Origin: Candidatus Latescibacterota bacterium
GTDB lineage: Bacteria; Latescibacterota; UBA2968; SICM01
Assembly: GCA_965217865.1 (NCBI GenBank)
Contig: CBDCJO010000002.1
Span: forward strand, 5,120,001-5,184,000
Length of the DNA stretch: 64,000 bases
Reading direction: 5' to 3'
Positions 42,589-53,076 of the stretch are shown in pieces. Each line of letters starts with the position of its first letter. Within the stretch, counting starts at the first letter, position 1. The notes beneath the pieces are model-generated. The model had not been told where the DNA came from. It worked only from the letters and a program-made list of their open reading frames with translations, and did no database searches. A program made the position numbers and the translations under genes.

Positions 42589-44706
42589 TTACTGATAGAG
42601 CTCCAGGTTTGAGCTTTTTCTGGCCGGGCATGACTGAAAATCAGTATCCGGGATACCGACGCCGAGTTTCTTCCAGTCGATGTCCTGGAACATCAAGCGC
42701 AGAAAGCCTCTTTCCGCCTTCAACTTATATATACGGACATCATTGGCGGGCACCCCACAGTGCAGCGCACCGTCCTCGACGACCGCTTCCGAATGCCCAA
42801 GCCAGGCCTCAAAGGCTTCTATTGGGGCATCCTTGATCCGCAGCCGCCCTTCCCACTGCAGGTCGGGAGAATTGTTGCACAGGGTCACAATCAGTTCGTC
42901 TTCTCTGTCCGTCACATTGACCAGGTAGTAAATCGGCCGGCCTTCGACTTCCAACGGGTTGAGATTGTTCAACACGTCGCCTAAAACGTACTTGATTCCT
43001 TTCAGAAACTCGTGGCGTTTCTCGGTCCGTCCCCAGCATTTGACCGTGACCATAAAGAGTGTCCCATCACCGACGGAGTTCCGTATCACCAGGGGGTCAC
43101 CCTCGTCTGTTTCAAGCAGGACTTCACCCGTCGTCACCAGAGCCTTGTGGTATTCGAATGGGCCCTCGCGAAAGGTCCGGCCGTCCGCTGACCGGGACTC
43201 GCCGGCGTGACTTTGGACGGTCTCGGACACTTCGGCGCCGGCCACCTCGGGGGTGATTCCCGGCCACTGATCGACTGCTGCGATCACGATCCCGCCGTCC
43301 CGGAGGAAACCTGTCAAGTGCTCGGCACCGTCACTGGCGATCTGCTGTTCGCCCAGGAGCACCACGACCCGATACTTGTTCAGACAGGCCGAGGAGGCGT
43401 TGGAGAGAATCACTTCGAACATGTCGCCGAAAGGCGTGTTGGTAATGTAGCCGCGTTCATCGCGGTAGTAGCTGGCCTGTTCGTAGCCCGGATAGACCCA
43501 GCGGAAGAAGTTGTCGATCTGGTAATCACCCCTGGCATAAGGGATGTTGCCCCAGACGCGATCTCTCTCGGTCCGATAGTAATCCCCCGGGGGGTTCCAG
43601 CCGTGGTCGTGATCGAGCATAATGGCCAGTGGCATGTAGCACGTTCCTCGCACCGGATGTTCAGCCGCGAACTCCTGACATTGTACGTGAGCTCTGCCCC
43701 GGGGGGTTAGATTAGCTTCCAAAAGCCCATAGCCCGCCTCATTTGGGCCCCCAGCCATGATGAACGACTCATATTCTCCGCTGACCTTGCCCCCATATTT
43801 GACGTAAGGAAAAAGCCCTGCCGAGAAGGCAACAATGGAAGCCCCGTTCATGTAGGCAAGATACCACTCCCGCTTGTCCAATCCCTCGCTGGGACCGTAA
43901 TCAGGGCCCACGATGGCGTCCCCGGAGGTCACGTTTTGCCCGTCTCTGAAATACGGTCTCTGACCCCAACGGCTAACGGAAGAGATGGATGTCGTCATAA
44001 GCAAATCGTATTGTTTGGAGGCCCCGCGGCAAAATGACCAGAGAAGTGTGTCAGAGGGCAGTTGTTCCTCAGCCTCGATGCCGAGCATCCGGGTCTCGTG
44101 TTCGGCGGCGTAATGGCAGCCGTAGCCCAGAGAGCTTATCGACATGCCACGATGAAAGGCACGTCCATAGAACCAGTCCAATACTCGATCGTATTCCTGT
44201 CGCGCCTCGGCACGGGAACGCTGAGGTGACGGCACCCCTACCCTCCCCATCTCCTCGGCGTAGTGTCCGGTCCAGCACCAGCCGCCGGTGTACCCGCCGT
44301 CCAGCTCAGAATCCCCTTTCAGGCCGATAAACTTCTCTCCGAACGTGTCGAGCAAAAACTCGAAGTAGCCGCGCGTTTCTTCCTCGCCGTACCAGGTCAT
44401 ATTCACGTGGAAAATGTAGATTCCGGCACCGGCCAGCTTCCTCAAACTGTGCTGCCAACCATGCCACTCGGTTCCATCTTTTTCCTTGATCCAGTGGCGG
44501 GTGTAGAAGAACACGGCGGAGGCCATCTTGTATCGCAGAATGGCCTCCCAGCAGGCCTGCGAGTCCGGGTGTTTCATCATGAGGGCATTACGAAAGTCAC
44601 ACTTCATCTCTGCCCGTGTCATGGGCTTGGTCGCGCACTTCCTGTAATGCTCTCCCTCTTCAGGGATGACCGGGAGGTTGTAGATTGGTCTCATGTGCGC
44701 ACGCAC
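42589..44706 (-). CDS. Hypothetical protein, possibly glycoside-hydrolase-like with a GH42 trimerisation-type domain
   Basis: 705-aa ORF; LNKYRVVVLLG..LTGFLRDGGIV resembles a GATase-like domain. Confidence 0.65.
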   Translation of the reverse strand: MRAHMRPIYNLPVIPEEGEHYRKCATKPMTRAEMKCDFRNALMMKHPDSQACWEAILRYKMASAVFFYTRHWIKEKDGTEWHGWQHSLRKLAGAGIYIFHVNMTWYGEEETRGYFEFLLDTFGEKFIGLKGDSELDGGYTGGWCWTGHYAEEMGRVGVPSPQRSRAEARQEYDRVLDWFYGRAFHRGMSISSLGYGCHYAAEHETRMLGIEAEEQLPSDTLLWSFCRGASKQYDLLMTTSISSVSRWGQRPYFRDGQNVTSGDAIVGPDYGPSEGLDKREWYLAYMNGASIVAFSAGLFPYVKYGGKVSGEYESFIMAGGPNEAGYGLLEANLTPRGRAHVQCQEFAAEHPVRGTCYMPLAIMLDHDHGWNPPGDYYRTERDRVWGNIPYARGDYQIDNFFRWVYPGYEQASYYRDERGYITNTPFGDMFEVILSNASSACLNKYRVVVLLGEQQIASDGAEHLTGFLRDGGIVIAAVDQWPGITPEVAGAEVSETVQSHAGESRSADGRTFREGPFEYHKALVTTGEVLLETDEGDPLVIRNSVGDGTLFMVTVKCWGRTEKRHEFLKGIKYVLGDVLNNLNPLEVEGRPIYYLVNVTDREDELIVTLCNNSPDLQWEGRLRIKDAPIEAFEAWLGHSEAVVEDGALHCGVPANDVRIYKLKAERGFLRLMFQDIDWKKLGVGIPDTDFQSCPARKSSNLELYQ

Positions 44707-44789
44707 CCTTCCTGTGATCGAGAGGTTTCCCTAAAACACGAACCGGTCCGTCCTTAGTCGAGTTTTTATGCTACTTGTCATCAAAGCAA

Positions 44790-45683
44790 TCAGCCCACAC
44801 TTGCGGCGAGCCTTTCGGGCAGCCGTCCCACCTTGGGGATCGGGTTCTCCGAGTACTGTTTCCCCGGGAGCGGTTCGAACATGAAGACCCCCTGATAGTC
44901 GATATCGTTAAGGGCAGAGAAGATTTCCGTCCACGACATGTCGCCGCCCTCTTCAAAGGGAGCGAAATGATCGTGTCCGTAGGGCGACTTCGGTCCGATG
45001 GCGCTGCTGATCCAATCGTGAAGATGGAGGTGGTGCAGCCGATTTCCGATGCTCCCTATGATTCTGGCCGGTGCTCCGGGATGGATCATGAGGTTCTGTT
45101 TCTGGGTGTTGCACTCGTGGCCGACATCCAGGCAGATGCCGATCTGCGGATGCGAGATGGAGTCAACCCATTGGATGCAGGCCGAGACGTTCTGCTCCTC
45201 CCTTGGAGCGTTTTCGATAAGCAGGTGGATATCCTGGCCTTCGCAGTGTCTGGCCAATTCGCAGTAACTCTTTCTGGTCGCGTCCTGGATGATCGGAAGG
45301 TGCGTCACCCACGCTTTGCAACCGAGCGAGACGAAATAGTCGATGACGCGTTTGCATCGATCTACTTCCTTCAGTCGCTGAGTCTCGCCCCCCGTTTCCA
45401 GGCTGTTGCGGTCTGACCAGTTCAGGTGGCCACGCACGTCGAAGAACCTGGCGTGGAAGGATACGATCGACAGGCCCAGATCCTTACACGCCGAGACGAT
45501 CCACTCCATGGTCTGAGGATCGTCTTCCTTGAACTGATTGATGGGATGCTCCATGATCTCCAGATTGGGGATCCCCGCACGGCTGATGTCTTCCAAAGCC
45601 TTCAGGTCGAGTGGCCTGTTGGCCACCACGCCAGTAGAGATGCCCAGACGGGACCGCAGTTCCTCCACGCTATAGGGTAGCAT
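44790..45683 (-). CDS. Sugar-phosphate isomerase/epimerase (AP-endonuclease-2 TIM barrel)
   Basis: LIEN, CLDVGH, HLHLHD, DH..P, FMFE. Confidence 0.85.
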   Translation of the reverse strand: MLPYSVEELRSRLGISTGVVANRPLDLKALEDISRAGIPNLEIMEHPINQFKEDDPQTMEWIVSACKDLGLSIVSFHARFFDVRGHLNWSDRNSLETGGETQRLKEVDRCKRVIDYFVSLGCKAWVTHLPIIQDATRKSYCELARHCEGQDIHLLIENAPREEQNVSACIQWVDSISHPQIGICLDVGHECNTQKQNLMIHPGAPARIIGSIGNRLHHLHLHDWISSAIGPKSPYGHDHFAPFEEGGDMSWTEIFSALNDIDYQGVFMFEPLPGKQYSENPIPKVGRLPERLAASVG

Positions 45684-45813
45684 CGTCGCTCCTTGTTTTC
45701 GTTGCAGTGGATCTAATTCGCAACAGTCTGCTTTTGGTTATCTCGTTACAACCTGCAAAGTAGTTCCGTATCGCAATAACGGGCAAATGAATTCTCTCTG
45801 TAACAGCGATCGA

Positions 45814-46585
45814 TCAACAATACCTGTCTCGGAACTGGTCAACGACAATCCGGAGGTCTGATGTGAGAACCCGGATAACTTGCTGCTCCAGCTCAGCCGG
45901 TATACCTCCATAGAAGGCCTCCGGCACAGCCCCAGCGATACTTGCCATAGTATCCGCGTCACCCCCCCCCCAGCGAGATCGCGGTCCGGACTGCATCCTC
46001 AAAATCTTCGGACTCCAGGAATGAGATCAGCGACTCAGGTACCGACCCCTGACACGACACGTCGAATCCATACGTCTCGCGGATCTCGTCGGCACTCCGA
46101 CTCAGGTTGTATCCAAACCGCTGTTCAATCGTCTCACGAATCTCGGTCCGGGAAGCACCGTTCCGGGCCAAAAACACGGCCATCGAGGTTGCCTGGGCGC
46201 CTTTGACGCCTTCCGGGTGGTTGTGCGTGATCACTGCAGTATGTTCTGCTTCCTTCAGTACGCTTTCAACACTCTCGAAGGCCCACCCGACGGGGCTCAC
46301 GCGCATCGCCGAGCCGTTACCCCAACTGTTGTAAGGTGCTCCGCCGCCGGCACTCGCCCATTGGATGAAGTGGCCCCCGTAGCCCGCGTATGGAAATTTC
46401 ATGGCGTAATCACGCACCACAATCCTGTAGTCCGTCCCGTGCAAGATCGCATCCGCGATGGCCACGGTCAGGACTGTATCGTCGGTGAACCGAGACTGCT
46501 CGCAGATCAGGGGAAAGGACTTGTGCTTAATCGGGGACAGTTCGAAAACCGATCCGACGATGTCCCCCGCAATGGCCCCAAGCAA
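45814..46585 (-). pseudogene. ADP-ribosylglycohydrolase frameshifted in a G10 run (45962-45971)
   Basis: MLGAIAGDIVGS, TDDT, NSWGNGSAMR; GGDADTMASIAG is in a shifted frame. Confidence 0.88.
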
Positions 46586-46649
46586 AAGAAGATCTGTTCC
46601 CTATGTGTCTCGATGGAATTATCGATTCCCCCGTGTCGGAAAGGTGAGC

Positions 46650-47906
46650 CTAGCTCGCAAGCGCCGTGGCCGCTCCAAACTGACCCCGGTAATGTTTCCT
46701 GCCGAACTCGGAGAAGTCCTCTCTCAAGAAAAACATGCCCCCGCTGCGCAGACGCTTCCCGGCCTTTAGATGGTCCAGAAACGCCCGGCGCAGGGTCGTA
46801 TCTCTGGGTGCGGAGTCAGGGTCAACCTCGTGGCTGTCGAAAACGAAATAGAGGCCGTCCTTACCGTTCGAAGGCCGTGGAAAGAGATAGAGCTCTTCCT
46901 GGTATTTCACCAGATTGGAGTTTTCGTCCAGCATCTCGGCAAGCTGCGTGTTCAGAATCCAGGATATGCATTCGAAGCCGACAAAGAGATGCTCAGGGTA
47001 GTATCGAGGGAAAAAATCCAGCGCCTTAGCCATCGAATCCCGGCAGCAGTCCAGGCTCATGGCCTCGCCCTCGGGAATGTGCATGCCGAGAACCGTATCG
47101 CCCAATTGGAGCAAACAGTCCCAGGAATCTGTCCTCAGCGTCACGGGCCTTGGGAGGGCCTTTCCGGTCGGACAAACGGGAGTCCCGGTGACCCGATCTC
47201 CAACATCCGTCAGCACAGATGTCCACGAAGTGACACCATCCGACCACGCCACGAAGCCTTCCTTATCGTAGGCGATTCCGGGTTCCGACAGCGCAAGCAC
47301 CCGGCCTTCCAGGTGATGCCGGTAGGCCATGAGCTGACCTTGGAAGGGCCGGAAATGATATTGCATGCGCCCCAGCAGGTGAAGGTCGCCCGATCCGACC
47401 AGTCGGTACCAGGTCAATAGCCTTCTTTCGATTCCGGGTCTTCCGCCAGTTATGCGTCCGTACCGCGTGAGTCCGTTGCGGATGTCGGCCCCCGTCCCGC
47501 GCGTGACCGCCTCGGGGATGCCGCGCGCCCGGTGGGTTTCTCGAAGTCGGCCGAGGCCCGCCATCCCGAGTAGCAAATAAAAAACACCCCCCGACCCGTT
47601 CAGCGCGTGGTCCAGCTCGGGCCATGCATAGAACGATCGACTTTCGGCCGTTTGATAAGCGAGACGGTAGGTGTGCCAGGCCAGGTTGCGAAGCGATGAA
47701 CGCTTTTGAATGGTCTCCGCAGTCTTCTCAAGAAGCGGCTCAAGAGCTTTCGGCAGACCGGTCCAGGCCCGGTTCTCGAGAAAGACTTCCGGAGTCAGGA
47801 AGTCAAGCGAATCCGGACAGGTGGCGACCGAGATGTCCCAACCCGGCTCGAGAGCGTCGCGTCCACTGGTCTCACCCAGTTCATTCAGGACAGATGTTAA
47901 ATCCAT
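46650..47906 (-). CDS. Acyltransferase-domain (DUF5596-like) protein
   Basis: LGRMQY, LGMHIPEG, GFECISWIL..ENSNL; likely start ATG 47906, since the upstream extension overlaps another gene. Confidence 0.7.
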   Translation of the reverse strand: MDLTSVLNELGETSGRDALEPGWDISVATCPDSLDFLTPEVFLENRAWTGLPKALEPLLEKTAETIQKRSSLRNLAWHTYRLAYQTAESRSFYAWPELDHALNGSGGVFYLLLGMAGLGRLRETHRARGIPEAVTRGTGADIRNGLTRYGRITGGRPGIERRLLTWYRLVGSGDLHLLGRMQYHFRPFQGQLMAYRHHLEGRVLALSEPGIAYDKEGFVAWSDGVTSWTSVLTDVGDRVTGTPVCPTGKALPRPVTLRTDSWDCLLQLGDTVLGMHIPEGEAMSLDCCRDSMAKALDFFPRYYPEHLFVGFECISWILNTQLAEMLDENSNLVKYQEELYLFPRPSNGKDGLYFVFDSHEVDPDSAPRDTTLRRAFLDHLKAGKRLRSGGMFFLREDFSEFGRKHYRGQFGAATALAS

Positions 47907-47977
47907 TGGCCAGTCCGCGGTATCGCCCTCCTCAACCCCCTCCTGTATTGTGTGGCGACAACCATCGGCATTGTATA

Positions 47978-48448
47978 CTACGATGTCGGTTTGATTAGTC
48001 GGAAAAATATCATGAAGTGCGTAACCAAAAGCAACGGAACTAACATCGTCGGAATGTACCAAGTTGCTCCTAGGTTCGGCGCTATTTCGATATGGCGTAA
48101 TGCATTGAGCAGATCTACCGTACCGACGATGTTGAATAACCAGACCAATGCCAATGATCCAGCCCAATTTGCCCGCAAGGCAATGAGTGCCAACAACGCA
48201 AGGACACCAGTAGCTAAATCCCCGTAAGCCGCATAAGTCGCGAAATCTTCGGGCAACGGTTGCGCCAAGAGGCCAGGGACGAGGAACACCATGCCAACGT
48301 GGCGGAACGCATGTGGTAGAGCAAGCCAGAAGAGAGCTGTGTGATGCGGCTGCTTGTCCAACCAGGGCGTTAACGTCCACCTTGCGAGCAGGCCGATCAC
48401 AAGCAGACTTAGGAAAAACTGTAGTCCGAAAATGGCTTGAACGTCCAT
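47978..48448 (-). CDS. Hypothetical 4-5 TM membrane protein
   Basis: GGAGG RBS; hydrophobic helices; PHAFR..G..FLVPG, AYGD, FNIVG. Confidence 0.8.
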   Translation of the reverse strand: MDVQAIFGLQFFLSLLVIGLLARWTLTPWLDKQPHHTALFWLALPHAFRHVGMVFLVPGLLAQPLPEDFATYAAYGDLATGVLALLALIALRANWAGSLALVWLFNIVGTVDLLNALRHIEIAPNLGATWYIPTMLVPLLLVTHFMIFFRLIKPTS

Positions 48449-48515
48449 TGCATTACCTCCTGTTTTTTTCCACCTCCAGGGTGGGTATAAGGGTGGTTTC
48501 TTGGGTCTATGGGGC

Positions 48516-49860
48516 TTAATCGAACGACAACGGAAGTCCTAGAAGTACCCACAAACCCCACACGACGGCCAGGACCGAGATGCGGGCGATGGATTCGCGG
48601 AAGACCTGGACCCACCGGTCCGGTGGAACCCTCCACAGTCGGATAGTGATCACTAAGAGCATTAGCAATGTAACGATGTTCCAGCCTAAAACAGCGTAGC
48701 GGTTTGGAGTCAGACCAAGTTCAAAAGTCCGGCTTATGATCGCTGCCAAAGCATATACGTTGAGGAGCCAGGTTATCCCCCCCAATGTCAGGACGGCATA
48801 CCGCAGGATAGAATTCCGGCGAGGGGACTGTTCATCAGGGGCCGTCGCGGAAACGGTCAGTAAGACCAGGATGGCCAGAATAGTGGCGTTGTAGACAATA
48901 AGGACCTCCCGCTCCTGAAACGGTCGCCAGAAGTATAAGGGGATGAACACAAAGACATAGACGGCTAGTAGTCCAAGGGCCAAAGGCAGCATGAGCCGGG
49001 TTAGGATTCTGAGGATGCGGGCAAGGCCGGTCGTCCAGTTTTGCGCCACCGGCTCAAACGTGGGGTCGTATACACTGGCTATGGCGAGGATCGGAATGGC
49101 GCCAATGCCCCGATGCCGCAATGGTTCGAACTCCATCTTGGGGAAGCTTGATTCCTAGCACGGAGAATATGCCGTAGGTTAATCCCAGGAAGATTACGCC
49201 AGCACCGAAATAGATGCCGCCGGTCAGAATGGCTTCCACCGTCTTTATAAAAAATGCGTAGCATTGCCTGGCAGGATCAGGACGCCCCAGGGTTAGACCG
49301 ACTCCTACCGCTGCCCAGGCAACAAACGGAAGGTGGAAGGCGATTAGAGTCGCAATGTGGTCAGTCCTGTCCCAGGCTATCAGTGCCGAGTACACGGCAA
49401 TCAGTATGACAGCAACGGAGGGACCTCCGTACCGACGGATGCGCTCCGCTGTGCGCTCAACCGATCCTAAAAAGAAAAGGACGCCCAGGGCCGTCAGTGG
49501 ACCCCACCCGATCCAGAACAGAGGCCGGGCTTCACCGGGGTCCGGAACCGGGGGCTTGTCCCCGGCGAAAAGCGCATACAGAATTCCCAAAACAACGCTT
49601 GTCGCAACGGCCGTTCGCCAGTGCCGGGTCTGGCTCTCCTTGACAATTTGACCTTCCGACATCTCTGCGTCAGCTGGAGATTGGACGTTGAGCCGGCAAG
49701 CCCATGCCGAGAAGAGGATGTCCTCCGGGTGTTCCCCTGCACATTGTCCGATTACCTCTATGAAGGCTGGCTCATCTTCGGCGGCCACGGCCTGTCTGTA
49801 GAGCCGTTCCAGTCCGCCTGCATCACCCATTGCCCCTTCGATCTGACTTTTCAGGCTCAT
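48516..49860 (-). pseudogene. Multi-TM membrane protein (DUF4153-like) with a +1 frameshift near 49110
   Basis: Two overlapping hydrophobic ORFs join at TIAA/GIGAIP; ELGLTPNR motif. Confidence 0.75.
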
Positions 49861-49888
49861 GAACCACCCCCCGGATAGTGTATGTCAA

Positions 49889-50674
49889 TCAAAAAAACTC
49901 ATAGAGATCAACGAAAAATTGCAGCTCATCCTGCGAAACAGGCTTAGTACCATACCCCTGGAAAAAGGCTTGATGATCGGACTCACTCAAGTTTGGGACA
50001 GCATCTTTGTTTAACACCAAAGCCATGTCGTATCGGGGATCACCTACTGCTCCTCCGGACCAGTCTATAATCGAAACCTCCCCATCATCAGCCATCAGGA
50101 TGTTCTCAAGATTGAAATCGCCATGGATCAGTCGTGCTTGGACTGCGTCGGGGCGGTCAACCTTAAGTCGAGAAAGCAGTGCCTCATCCCCATCGACCTC
50201 GTAGTTTCGCAGATTAAATTCTGCTTCGGAGAGTGTGGCATCGAGCCAATCCATTGACGATTGGTGCTTCAACCCTAGGGGAATGGGGCATTGATGCAGC
50301 ATATGAAGTGTCGAGCCCATGATCTCGAACACTTGCTGTCGTTTTGACCCACGTATGTCAGGCAGAACATCTTCCACTTGCTGACCTGGTTTGAAGTCCA
50401 TTATCAGCCACGACGCACACCCCGCATCATCCACAATGAAACGATGGGGCCTGGGAACAGGCAGATCGGTTGCTGTCAATGCAGTTAGGACTTCATACTC
50501 CCGTCGTAGCCACTGTCGATATGGCTCTCTGCGACTGCGCTTGAGGACAAGATTTTTATTTGCTCCGTGAACGAGCGCAATATCAGAAGTACAGCCTTCC
50601 CCCAGTTCAGCCAGTGTATAGGTGTCTGGCAGGACTTCTGCCAGTTCAGGTGGAATGTCTGAGAGAGTGATCAT
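49889..50674 (-). CDS. Aminoglycoside phosphotransferase/choline-kinase-family protein
   Basis: LVLKR, PVPRP, IHGDFNLEN, IDWS..GDPRYD. Confidence 0.88.
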   Translation of the reverse strand: MITLSDIPPELAEVLPDTYTLAELGEGCTSDIALVHGANKNLVLKRSRREPYRQWLRREYEVLTALTATDLPVPRPHRFIVDDAGCASWLIMDFKPGQQVEDVLPDIRGSKRQQVFEIMGSTLHMLHQCPIPLGLKHQSSMDWLDATLSEAEFNLRNYEVDGDEALLSRLKVDRPDAVQARLIHGDFNLENILMADDGEVSIIDWSGGAVGDPRYDMALVLNKDAVPNLSESDHQAFFQGYGTKPVSQDELQFFVDLYEFF

Positions 50675-50825
50675 CCTGGCTTATCAATAACCTAAGTATT
50701 ACGACAAGGGGCGGTAACGTTTTTATGTCCCTGAACCGCGCAGCGGTTTGGCGAATAGCGAATGCCCGCAACCGGGAACGCTGCTGTTACTCGCTGTACG
50801 ATTCTTGTTAGCACCTTCGGACGAC

Positions 50826-51600
50826 CTAACTTGATTCGTTTAAGGCGTTAATCAGTCGTGATGCGACCAGGTGGTCATCGGAGCGCTTTAGGGTGGAAAC
50901 ACATTTATAAACATAGTTGCTACCAGAGCTGAATTCGATCGGAGGGTTCTGATTTCGACAGGCAGTCACGACGTTCACGTGAGTTGATTTCCGATCCGCG
51001 TCGAAAAGAATGCGGAGGCCAAAGTCGTCACCCCACCTTCCATGCTCTACAACTTCGAAGTCTAAATAAGGAAAGACAGAGAGTTTTTCACGAAGTTCCT
51101 TGATCCGGGACAGGAAATCTCTTTCAACGGATCGCTTATCCCGCTGAAGTAGCTCACGGATGGCGACATAAATACCCACAAACTCCTCTTTTCCTACTTT
51201 ACAGCTTAAACCTATGCCACCGTTCTGCCGGTCGTTGAGCTCACACGCTGCAATCAGGTCTTTTCGTCCGACTACGATTCCCGTAGATGCTGGTCCACAT
51301 ACAGCCTTGCCGCCGCTGAAAATTTCCAAATCTACTCCCATCTCTTGAGTGAAATACCAAAAATTCTCTTTGGGAGGAACCTCATATGCCGCGTCAACTA
51401 TGACAGGAATACCTCGCGCCCGGCCGACAGCAACCGCTATGTCCAAAGGAATCATTAGCTCTCTCGCAAATGAGCACATAAGGATGGCTGCCGTCCGGTC
51501 GGTTATTGCCCGCTCAAGTTCTGTTTCCATGTCCTTTCGATTGGCACCGCCAATTACGCGTACAGAAACACCCGTAGGGCGAATGGATACACGCTCATCC
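50826..51600 (-). pseudogene. SelA/DgaE-like PLP enzyme lacking its N-terminus, in frame with the upstream Ig-like fragment
   Basis: LERAITDRTAAI, PVIVDAA, FSGGKAVCGP..G...GRKDLI, KVGKEE. Confidence 0.75.
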
Positions 51601-52504
51601 CATCCGAGGGTTGTAACCGCCAGGTCACCGTCGCAGGCATCATTGGCAGTTGCGCCGGGATCGGTGTAAGTACCCCCGCACTCCACCTTCAGGGTGTCAC
51701 CGATCATTGTCACCACCGGATCTGTGGTGTCCTCGATCGTCACTTCCACCGAATCTGTGGCCGTGGCGATCCCATCGCTCACAATCAAATCGATCGTATG
51801 GGTTCCAAGCGGGAGGGTTATTGTAGGGCTTACCCCGGTGGCGGATCCTCCGCCTTCTGAAAAAGGACCGGTCCAGTTATAAGACAGGGGAGAGGGGCCG
51901 TTGTCCGGATCACTCGATCCGGAGCCGTCCATGGTAACGGAAGTCCCTGTGGGGGATATGCATTCCACCGCGTCGTCCCCGGTCTGGTCCGGTCCGGCGT
52001 CGGCTGATCGTCCCACCAAGTCGAGACGTAGAGATTGCCGTTGAAGACCTGGTTACGGTCAAACCGAATGCCCTCAGACCCTCTACCCAGGCTAACGAAA
52101 ACTGAGATTGGACCGTTTGGTTCATCGAGTCTTCTCACCGGGGCTGCGACGGTACTGTTGACGATAAACATACTGTTGTCAAAACCGAACTCGAGGTAGC
52201 CGAAATTTGGTGACAGTCCCGACGCAACTAATGTTCCCTTGTCGCCAGCCGGAAGACCTTCAGGAGGTACGCGGTAGATTGATCCGCCGGTCAGAAAATA
52301 ATAAACATCAGTCCCAAAATCGCCACCCTGTCCCACCGAAACGTCAGTAATATCTGCCCCAACGCCGGATACAATCGGCTGGATCTCCCAGTCCCCCGCC
52401 GCGATAACAGAAGGCTGTGTCACGGCCGACAAGGGGGCAAACAGGATCGAGACCAGCGCGATAGCTGACAACCCAAACCACTTGGATGTTGATAAGCTCA
52501 TCAT
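51601..52504 (-). pseudogene. Secreted protein remnant: signal peptide, propeller start, frameshift near 52010, PKD and DUF5011-like Ig domains
   Basis: GGAGG RBS; signal peptide; ADAGPDQT..DGSGSSDPD..LSYNW; VECGGTYTDPGATANDACDGDL. Confidence 0.7.
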
Positions 52505-52855
52505 TAGTTCCTCCTTAGTTTTTAGGCGTCCTCGATTTACTTTTTAAATCCTGAAAATCATTCTGACCGTTCGATCCCAATCCACAGGACGGACTGTAAA
52601 CCAAACGCCACACAAACAAATAGCCGCACCTGTAAGATGCGGCTCCTAAACCGTTTCCCCGACGGAATTGGTGTTGGCGTGCATTGGTTCCTCCCCGGAC
52701 CAAAAACACGTAAATCAATAACTTACTACCTTAGCCGATTGGCATTTCAAACAAAAAAACCAGACAAAGCATCCGCAGTCGAATGGCTGAGTCTGGCAAG
52801 TCCCTGACACTTACCGATACCAGAAATAGCATCTGGATTATATCTTTTTAATTAT
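52505..52855 (-). ncRNA. Candidate structured 5' leader with two terminator-like hairpins
   Basis: Hairpins at 52836-52820, 52796-52760 plus T7, TTGGT-CCGGGGAGGA-ACCAA, and 52644-52622 plus T-rich tail. Confidence 0.5.
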
Positions 52856-52859
52856 TCTC

Positions 52860-52888
52860 AATATACATCACGGCCAGGGGAAAGTCAA
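52860..52888 (-). promoter_or_regulatory. Sigma70-like promoter
   Basis: TTGACT-N17-TATATT. Confidence 0.65.
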
Positions 52889-53076
52889 TTGGTACAATTA
52901 CGCAATTTTAATAAAAAAATAACCTAATCTGGATAGGGTATATATACCTATTGAAAGACGGGGGCCAGAGGCCAGAGGTCAGGAGTCGGGATAGTCAAAA
53001 CCGGTGCCCAAAAGTAAGGAGCAAGAGGTGTAAGGGTCAGGTACTTACCCTTACACCTGGCTTCCGGCCCCTATTT

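Noticed and set aside
47907-48380. N-terminal extension of the 576-aa ORF
   Set aside because: It overlaps a real membrane gene (47978-48448) that has its own RBS
49889-50674. Bona fide aminoglycoside resistance gene
   Set aside because: Only family-level kinase motifs are visible; substrate cannot be inferred
50711-50815. Integron attC site (TAAC...GTTAG) beside cassette-like APH and ADP-ribosylglycohydrolase genes
   Set aside because: Inner L boxes do not pair, no similar sites separate the neighbouring genes and no integrase is present
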